In this document: positions 57,300 through 64,000 of the stretch, one piece after another
How positions within the stretch are numbered: the stretch's first letter is position 1
How the letters are laid out: each line of letters begins with the position of its first letter
NCBI GenBank assembly: GCA_963832165.1
Contig: CAWHTE010000011.1
Coordinates: forward strand, 448,001-512,000
DNA: 64,000 nucleotides
Direction: 5' to 3'
Origin: an uncultured delta proteobacterium
GTDB taxonomy: Bacteria; Myxococcota_A; UBA9160; SMWR01
The notes under the pieces: model-generated
What the model was told of the DNA's origin: nothing
The model's input: only the letters and a program-made list of their open reading frames with translations
Database searches by the model: none
Made by a program: the position numbers and the translations under genes

Positions 57300-57767
57300 T
57301 CAGGTCAGCCGGTCGTTGGTCCCGGCCGCGGCCGCGGGTGTGCGCGGGCTGCCATCGACGACGCGCTCGGCCCGGAATGCGTCGACCTCGCGCTGTAGCT
57401 GCGCGATCTCGAACACCCATTCCTGACCGGACACGGCGTCGAAGGCGGTGCCGTCCTTGAAGGCCAGCACCACGTCGCCCGTCGCCACCAGCACGACCTC
57501 GGCCAGCGGACGCTCGACCGCGGGCAGGATCTCTCTCAGTGCACGGATCGACTTCCGAATCCGTTGGACCGAGACGCCGGCATCAATCAGTCTTTTCGCA
57601 GTCTTGAGGGCCACCAAATCCTCGAACGCATAACGCGCGTGGCCCCCGGGAGTCCGAGCACCGGGCGGGACCAGATCGGTCTCGTCCCAATATTGGAGCT
57701 GGCGGCGCGAGATCCCGATGATCTTCGCGACGTCACCCACGCGATACAGATCGCGGGTAGCTCTCAT
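57300..57767 (-). CDS. MerR-family HTH regulator (Rv1830/McdR-like subfamily)
   Basis: YRVGDVAKIIGISRRQLQYWDETDLV.P..RYAFEDLVALKTAKRLIDAGVSVQRIR; no metal-binding Cys. Confidence 0.9.
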   Translation of the reverse strand: MRATRDLYRVGDVAKIIGISRRQLQYWDETDLVPPGARTPGGHARYAFEDLVALKTAKRLIDAGVSVQRIRKSIRALREILPAVERPLAEVVLVATGDVVLAFKDGTAFDAVSGQEWVFEIAQLQREVDAFRAERVVDGSPRTPAAAAGTNDRLT

Positions 57768-57955
57768 GTCCGTGGCAGACCCCCCAGTCCACTGGACATT
57801 AGATGGAAAAAAACGCAGGGACGGACCGAAAGTAAGCCGGACCGGGTGCTCGAGTCAACCCAATAAGGGAGTCGAATTGTCTGGATCGGGGGTCGGCCCC
57901 CGTTCCACAGCAAAAGCCCGGCGAAGGACGGGTGAAGGGGATAGGTTTCGGCGAG

Positions 57956-59212
57956 ATGAGCAAGCCCGAACCGATCGCGCCAGCGGGCGCTCCGGAGGAC
58001 GAGCCCGAGCCGGTGGCCGAGCCCGCCCCGGAGGCCGAAGCCGCGCCCGCCGCGGAGGAACGCGACCGCCGGCTCTGGGTCGATGACGGTGGCGTCCGCC
58101 GACCGTTCATGCGCGGGATCATGATCCACTCTCTGATGGCCCGGGGGTTGCCGTTCGAGGAGGCGAACCGCGTCGCGAACACCGTGCGCGACCGGCTGCG
58201 CCCGCGCGGGCTGGTCGACAAGCCCGCGATCCTCGAGGCGCTCCGCGAGCTGCTCGACGCGAGCCTGTTCGAGGCCGAGAGCCGCCTGCCGATCGCCCCG
58301 GAGATCACGGTGAAGGGGGCGCGCCGGCGCGGCCAGCCGTTCTCGAAGGGCGTGCTCTCGCAGTCGCTGCTCGCGGCCGCGATCGACCCGAACGATTCGT
58401 TCGAGGTGGCGCGCGACATCGAGCGCGAGCTGCTCCGGCGCGGGCTCACCGAGATCGACCGGCGCGAGCTGCGCCGGATCACGCACGCCACGATCGAGCG
58501 GCGGCTCGGGCCCCGCTCCGCGCGCCGCTATCTGGTGTGGCGCCACCGCGCGTCCGTTCAACGCCCTGTGATCCTGCTGCTCGGCGGCGCGGCCGGTGTC
58601 GGCAAGACCACGCTCGCGCTCGAGGTCGCGCACCGGCTCGGGATCGGCCGCGTGCTCTCGACCGATTCGATCCGCCAGATCATGCGCCTGATGCTCTCGC
58701 AGGATCTCGTCCCGGCGATCCACGGATCCTCGTACAACGCCTACACCCACTTTCCGCCCGGCGCGCTCGGCGACGATCCGCTGCTCGAGGGCTTCCGCGC
58801 CCAGGCGGCGACCGTCGCGGTGGGCGTGCGCGCGTCGATCGAGCGCGCGATCGACGAGAACGCGAGCACGGTGATCGACGGCGTCGCGCTGTTCCCGGGC
58901 GCGTTCGACCTCGCGCTCTACAGCGAACGCGCCGATGTGATCTTCCTCGTGGTCGCGGCGCTCGACCGCGACTCGTGGGCCGCGCGCTTCTCCTCGCGCG
59001 AAGCGGGCGAGAGCCAGCGCCCCGCGCACGAGTATCTCGCCAACCTCGACAACATCCTGCGCATCCAGGATCAATTCCTCGAGGCCGCGGAGCGCCACGG
59101 CATCCCGATCGTCGTGAACGACCGCCTCGACCGCGCCGTGCTGCTCGTGATCCGACACCTGACCGAGTCGCTCGGCAAGCGGCCCGACTTCGACGCGCGC
59201 GCGCTGCTGTAA
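57956..59212 (+). CDS. 2-phosphoglycerate kinase-like protein with tandem ATP-cone domains
   Basis: PFMRGIM and PFSKGVL cone repeats, RYLVWR, LLGGAAGVGKTTLALEVAHRLGI..LSTDSIRQIMR, HGSSY, NILRIQD. Confidence 0.85.
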   Translation: MSKPEPIAPAGAPEDEPEPVAEPAPEAEAAPAAEERDRRLWVDDGGVRRPFMRGIMIHSLMARGLPFEEANRVANTVRDRLRPRGLVDKPAILEALRELLDASLFEAESRLPIAPEITVKGARRRGQPFSKGVLSQSLLAAAIDPNDSFEVARDIERELLRRGLTEIDRRELRRITHATIERRLGPRSARRYLVWRHRASVQRPVILLLGGAAGVGKTTLALEVAHRLGIGRVLSTDSIRQIMRLMLSQDLVPAIHGSSYNAYTHFPPGALGDDPLLEGFRAQAATVAVGVRASIERAIDENASTVIDGVALFPGAFDLALYSERADVIFLVVAALDRDSWAARFSSREAGESQRPAHEYLANLDNILRIQDQFLEAAERHGIPIVVNDRLDRAVLLVIRHLTESLGKRPDFDARALL

Positions 59213-59272
59213 TCCTCCGCGGCTGCACTCGCCGGCTGTATAGTGGGACTACCTCGTGCGCAGGAGTTCCCG

Positions 59273-60682
59273 ATGCCCACTCCGCCGGATCCGACCACGC
59301 TGGGAGCGCTCCGGGCTTCGGGCTATCGCGCTCGCACGGTGCGCGAGGAGCTGCGCGTGAACCTGCTCGCGAAGATGGCGAGCGGCGCGCCCGTGTTCAC
59401 GGGCGTGATCGGCTACGAGGAGACGGTGGTGCCTGCGGTCGAGAACGCGCTCTTGTGCGGTCACGACCTGATCTTCCTCGGCGAGCGCGGTCAGGCGAAG
59501 ACGCGCATGATCCGCCAGCTGACCGGACTGCTCGACGAATGGGTGCCCGAGGTCGCGGGCAGCGAGATTCACGACGACCCGACCGCGCCCGTGTCGGCGT
59601 ACGCGCGCGCGCTCGTCGCCGAGCGCGGCGACGCGACGCCGGTCACGTGGGTGCACCGCGACGACCGCTACGTCGAGAAGCTCGCGACGCCCGACGTGTC
59701 GGTCGCCGATCTGATCGGCGACGTCGACCCGATCAAGGTCGCGCAGGGCCGTTCGCTCTCCGACGAGCTGACGATGCACTTCGGACTCGTGCCGCGCACG
59801 CACCGCGGGATCTTCTGCATCAACGAGCTGCCCGACCTCACCGAGAAGGTGCAGGTCGGCCTGTTCAACGTCATGGAAGAGCGCGACGTGCAGGTGAAGG
59901 GCTACCGGATCCGCCTGTCGATCGACGTGCTCGTCGTTGCGAGCGCCAACCCCGAGGACTACACGAGCCGCGGTCGCATCATCACGCCGCTCAAGGACCG
60001 CTATGCGGCCCAGGTGCGCACGCACTACCCGCGCACGCCCGAGCTCGAGCTCGAGATCGTGCGCCAGGAGGCCGAGCCGCCGCGCGCCGACGGTGTCGTG
60101 GTGGTGGTGCCGCGCTTCATGGAGGACGTGATCGCGGAGCTCACGTTCCAGGCGCGCTCGAGCCCGGACGTGAACCAGGCGTCGGGCGTGTCGGTGCGAC
60201 TCTCGATCGCGAACTACGAGACGCTCGCGGCCAACGCGCTGCGCCGCGCGCTGCGACTCCGCGAGTCGGCCGCGGTGCCGCGCATCTCGGATCTCGACGC
60301 GCTCGACACCAGCACGCTCGGCAAGATCGAGCTCGAGTACGCGGGCGGCGAGCGCAGCGAGGGCGACGTGGTGCGCGAGCTGCGCAAGCGCGCGTGCAAG
60401 CGCGTGTTCGACCGCATCGTGAGCGCGGAGGCGGCCGCCGAGGTGGCGCGCGCGTTCGACGACGGCTGGAAGGTGGAGGTGTCGGCGCAGATGCCGTCGC
60501 GCGAGTACCTCGCGGGCCTCGACCAGATCGCGTCGCTGCGCGAGGCGGCGGCGAAGCTCGCCGGCTCCGAGGAACCTGCCGCGATCGCCTCCGCGATCGA
60601 GTTCCTGCTCGAGGGGCTCCATCTGTCGAACAAGCTCAACAAGACCGAGCGCGAACACGGCGCGCGCTACGCGCGCTCGTGA
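59273..60682 (+). CDS. Mg-chelatase-subunit-I-like AAA+ ATPase
   Basis: LGERGQAKTR, EKLATPD, INELPDL, SANPEDYTSRGRIITPLKDR. Confidence 0.9.
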   Translation: MPTPPDPTTLGALRASGYRARTVREELRVNLLAKMASGAPVFTGVIGYEETVVPAVENALLCGHDLIFLGERGQAKTRMIRQLTGLLDEWVPEVAGSEIHDDPTAPVSAYARALVAERGDATPVTWVHRDDRYVEKLATPDVSVADLIGDVDPIKVAQGRSLSDELTMHFGLVPRTHRGIFCINELPDLTEKVQVGLFNVMEERDVQVKGYRIRLSIDVLVVASANPEDYTSRGRIITPLKDRYAAQVRTHYPRTPELELEIVRQEAEPPRADGVVVVVPRFMEDVIAELTFQARSSPDVNQASGVSVRLSIANYETLAANALRRALRLRESAAVPRISDLDALDTSTLGKIELEYAGGERSEGDVVRELRKRACKRVFDRIVSAEAAAEVARAFDDGWKVEVSAQMPSREYLAGLDQIASLREAAAKLAGSEEPAAIASAIEFLLEGLHLSNKLNKTEREHGARYARS

Positions 60683-62182
60683 AATCGAGCGTCTACAGCC
60701 GCTGGGACGGCAGCCAGGACGAGTTCCGTCTCGACGCCGAGCGCGCGCTCGACGCGCTCTCGAACCTGATGATGGAGGGCCTCGACGCGCGCGAGGCGCT
60801 CGAGTGGATGCGCCAGCACGGCTTCGAGCTCGCGGGCCTCGACATGCGTGTGATGGGGCTCTCGGAGCTGCTCGAGGAGATCCAGGAGCAGATCCGGCGA
60901 GGCGCGCGCCGATCTCGCGCGGCGCTTCGAGGAATTGCTCGACCGCGAGCAGGAGCGCCTGCGCGAGAACCACGGCTTCGAGTCGGAGCGCATGAACGAG
61001 TTCAAGCAGCGCCGGCACGCCGACGCGAAGGGCCTCGCCGAGGCGATCGCGCAGTTCTCCGACTATCGCTTCGAAGACGAGGACGCCGCGCGTGCCTATC
61101 GCGAGCTGCTCGAGATGCTCGAGCGCATGCGCGCGATGGAGCAGCTGGCGCGCGACATCGCCGAAGGGAACCTCCAGGAGATCTCACTCGACCAGCTGCG
61201 CGAGATGCTCGGCGAGGACGCGATGCGGTCGCTGATCTTGATCCGCGACCTCGAGTCGACGCTCGAGCGCGCGGGCTATCTGCGCGGCGGAGATCCGCAG
61301 CTCACGCCGCGCGCGATCCGCCGGATCGGCGCGCACGCGCTCGCCGAGGTGTACGCGGCGCTGCGCCGCGACCGGCCCGGCGCACACGAGACCGACGCGC
61401 GCGGCGCCGCCTTGCCGCGACCCGACGAAGTGAAGCCGTTCGAGTTCGGCGATCCGCTCGACCTCGACGTCGTGCGCACGCTGATCGATGCCGTGAAGCG
61501 CAACGCGCGAGCGGCGCCCGGGCGGCCCATCCCTCTGCCGGTACCGCTCGAGGTCGAGGACTTCGCGCTGCGCGAGCGCGACTACAACACCCAGACCACC
61601 ACCGTGCTCCTGCTCGACATGAGCTGGTCGATGTCGTGGGCCGGCCGCTTCCCGGCCGCGAAGCGCGTGGCGCTCGCACTCGATCACCTCGTGCGCACGC
61701 GCTTTCCGCGAGATCATTTCTTCGTGGTCGGTTTCTCGACGCGAGCGCGAGAGCTCTCGCCGAGCGAGCTGCCCGAAGTCTCGTGGGACATGGGCGACCC
61801 GTTCACCAATCTGCAGGAAGGGCTCATGATCGCGGAGCGGCTGTTCGCGAAGCACCCGTCGGCGAGCCCGCAGGTGCTCGTGGTGACGGACGGGCAGCCC
61901 ACTGCCTACTACGCCGGCAAAGAGCTGCATGTCGAGTGGCCGATGGGCTTTGGCGGCGTGTCGCCGCACGCGGTGGCCGAGACGATGAAGCAGGTGCGGC
62001 GCATCACGCGTCAGGGCGTGACGATCAATACCTTCATGCTCGACGACTCGCCGGAGCTGGTCGGATTCGTGGAGCGCATGACGCAGGTCAACCGCGGACG
62101 CGCGTTCTTCACGAGCCCCGAGGCGCTCGGCTCGTTCCTGATGGTCGATTATCTGCGCGGGAGCCGGAAGCGCCGGCGCTGA
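60679..62182 (+). CDS. VWA (MIDAS) domain partner protein; frameshift near 60900
   Basis: N-terminal YSRWDGSQ (GTG overlaps the ATPase stop), LTPRAIRRIG, FGDPLDLD, DMSWSM, TNLQEG, VTDGQPT. Confidence 0.88.
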
Positions 62183-63759
62183 TGAGACCGCAGGACACCG
62201 CGCGCCGGATCGGGGAGGGCGCCGTGCGCTGGCTGCGGCGCACGGCCGCGCGCCGCGCGCTGCCGCGCGCGGGCCCGTTCTGGGTTTCGCTCGAGCTGCC
62301 GTCGCCGCTGCACGACGTGCCCGGGCGCTTCGCAGCCGAGCGCGCGCGCACACTGCTCGGCGTGCTCCAGACGCTCGAGGCGATCGCCGACGAGCCGCGC
62401 GCGCACGGGATCCTGCTCACGCTGCGCGGCGCGCCGGGTGGGCTCGCGGCCGCGCAGTCGCTGCGCCGCGCGCTCGAATCCGTGCGCGCGCGCGGGAAGT
62501 CGATCGTGGCCTGGGCGGAGAGCCTCGATCTCGTGTCGCTGTACGTCGCGTCCGCAGCAGACCAGATCTGGATTCCGGAGACCGGCCGCGTGTACGCGGT
62601 GGGGCTCCGCGCCGACGCCTTCTACCTGCGCGATCTGCTCGCGCGTTTCGACGTCCGCCCCGAGGTGGTGCGGATCGGCACGCACAAGAGCGCGGGCGAG
62701 ATGTTCACGAATCAGAGGATGTCGGACGAGCAGCGCGAGCAGCTCGACGCGGTCCTCGGCGACGAATTCGACGCGCTCGTCGAGGGGATCGCGGCCGGCC
62801 GGCAGCAGAGTCCGGCGCACGTGCGCGCGTGGATCGACGCCGGCCGCTACACGGCGTCGGCCGCGCGCGAGTCGGGGCTCGTCGACGGCCATGCCTATCG
62901 GGACGAGCTCGAGGATCGCCTGGGTGACTGGAGCTCGGAGCGATCGTCGGCGCCGGGCCGGCCCGAGCTCGTGGACGCGCGCTCGCTCTGGGCACTGCGC
63001 GCGAACGCGCGCGCGAGCTTCCGCGCACCGCCGCCGCGGATCGCGGTGCTGTTTGCGAGCGGGACGATCTCGCGCGGCGATCAGGGGCGCGGAATCGCGT
63101 CGCGTGCCGCAGAGGAGATGCTCGCCGCTCTCGCGCGCGATGCGCGCGTGCGCGGCGTGGTGCTGCGGATCGACAGCCCCGGCGGCGACGCGCTCGCGTC
63201 GGACCTGCTCTGGCGCGCCGTGCGCGCGCTGCGCCGCGAGAAGCCGGTCGTGGCGTCGCTGTCGGAGGTCGCTGCGTCTGGCGGCTACTACCTCGCTTCC
63301 GCTGCGGATTGCGTGATCGCGGAGCGCTCCTCGATCACCGGATCGATCGGTGTGATCGGTGGGAAGCTCGACCTGTCCGGTCTGTTCCAACGGATCGGAC
63401 TGGGACACGACTCGGTCGAGCGCGGCGCGCGCGCGGGCATGCACAGCGCCGCACGCGGGTTCACGGACGACGAGCGCGAGCTCGTGCGCAGCGAGATGGG
63501 CGCTCTCTACGAGACGTTCGTCGCGCGCGTGGCGGAGGGGCGCGGCCTCGCGGCCGCGGCCGTGGAGCGCGCGGCACAGGGGCGCGTGTTCACGGGCGGT
63601 CGCGCGCTCGCTCTCGGCCTCGTCGACGCGCTGGGCGGCCCGCTCGAGGCGCTCGCCGAAGTGCGCCGGCGCGCGGGTCTGCGCCGCGCCGAGCCCGTGC
63701 TCGTCGACCTGCACCCGCGCGTCTCCGCGCTGCGCGCGCTCACGCGCTGGCTCTCGTGA
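62182..63759 (+). CDS. sppA: Signal peptide peptidase SppA (S49, two-domain type)
   Basis: YVASAADQI, GTHKSAGE, LRIDSPGG, AASGGYY, TGSIGV, QGRVFTG. Confidence 0.92.
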   Translation: MRPQDTARRIGEGAVRWLRRTAARRALPRAGPFWVSLELPSPLHDVPGRFAAERARTLLGVLQTLEAIADEPRAHGILLTLRGAPGGLAAAQSLRRALESVRARGKSIVAWAESLDLVSLYVASAADQIWIPETGRVYAVGLRADAFYLRDLLARFDVRPEVVRIGTHKSAGEMFTNQRMSDEQREQLDAVLGDEFDALVEGIAAGRQQSPAHVRAWIDAGRYTASAARESGLVDGHAYRDELEDRLGDWSSERSSAPGRPELVDARSLWALRANARASFRAPPPRIAVLFASGTISRGDQGRGIASRAAEEMLAALARDARVRGVVLRIDSPGGDALASDLLWRAVRALRREKPVVASLSEVAASGGYYLASAADCVIAERSSITGSIGVIGGKLDLSGLFQRIGLGHDSVERGARAGMHSAARGFTDDERELVRSEMGALYETFVARVAEGRGLAAAAVERAAQGRVFTGGRALALGLVDALGGPLEALAEVRRRAGLRRAEPVLVDLHPRVSALRALTRWLS

Positions 63760-64000
63760 TGTCGCGCACGATCAAGACCGACATCCCGGGAATCGACTGG
63801 CGCGTCTCGCTCGACGAAGTGCGCGAGCAGGGCTTCGAGAAGATCTTCGCGGGGCGCGTCGCGCATCCGCTGCCGCTCGTGGTGGAGATCGGCTTCGGCC
63901 GCGGGGAGTTTCTGCTCGAGCTCGCGCAGCGCGAGCCGGAGCAGGCGTTCGTGGGCATCGAAGTCTCCTACAAGCGCGCGCTCAAGATGACGCGCCGGCT
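63759..64000 (+). CDS. trmB: tRNA (guanine-N7)-methyltransferase, 5' part
   Basis: Manual translation MSRTIKTDIPG..PLVVEIGFGRGEFLLELAQREPEQAFVGIEV; runs off the window. Confidence 0.9.
   Translation, partial: MSRTIKTDIPGIDWRVSLDEVREQGFEKIFAGRVAHPLPLVVEIGFGRGEFLLELAQREPEQAFVGIEVSYKRALKMTRR

Noticed and set aside
59273..60682. Chlorophyll or cobalamin chelatase
   Set aside because: No tetrapyrrole genes nearby; it matches the generic AAA+/VWA pair.
6459..62182. Frameshifts in tadB, tadG, the quinone oxidoreductase, the phosphoesterase, murC, ArsA-A and the VWA gene read as pseudogenes or programmed frameshifts
   Set aside because: They are mostly single-base indels with no common slippery motif, they hit essential murC, and I saw no accompanying nonsense decay. 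Sequencing or assembly error is the simplest explanation; read mapping would settle it.
58537..63759. 1740-aa ORF and other apparent giant fusions (24231..26852, 48488..51364, 10160..11629, 6459..8297)
   Set aside because: Artefacts of stop-poor GC-rich frames plus indels joining separate genes.

Overview
This is a very GC-rich bacterial chromosomal segment. Gene content suggests a Myxococcota/deltaproteobacterial-type organism (inference only). Several genes, including essential murC, carry single-base frameshifts that look like sequencing or assembly errors. Left to right: the 5' part of a cheB-domain gene; a Tad/Flp pilus operon in Pseudomonas-like order (flp-tadE-rcpC-rcpA-tadZABCD-DUF3613-tadG); redox genes, ndk and an unannotated 28-aa membrane peptide; two genes with sigma54-type promoters; a Tat-exported metallophosphoesterase; the dcw cluster (mraZ to ftsZ, no ddl) with MraZ boxes and a strongly structured mraZ-rsmH spacer; an HDAC-family deacetylase; an SDR plus acyltransferase pair with degenerate active sites; Coq4/TetR/MFS; a 15-repeat (3x5) Ca-binding PEP-CTERM surface protein; a PhaR-like regulator with two Get3/ArsA ATPases; a ZitP-like protein, tatA, DsbA and an ECF sigma factor; an archaeal-type 2-phosphoglycerate kinase; an AAA+/VWA pair, sppA and the start of trmB. 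The best candidate for an undescribed system is 54727-57767: a MerR-type regulator, a palindromic site, an intact ParA ATPase fused to a glycogen-binding CBM48 domain, a MinD/FlhG-like protein lacking Walker A, and a degenerate PD-(D/E)XK-fold protein. I hypothesise that this is a nucleoid-based positioning system for glycogen granules.
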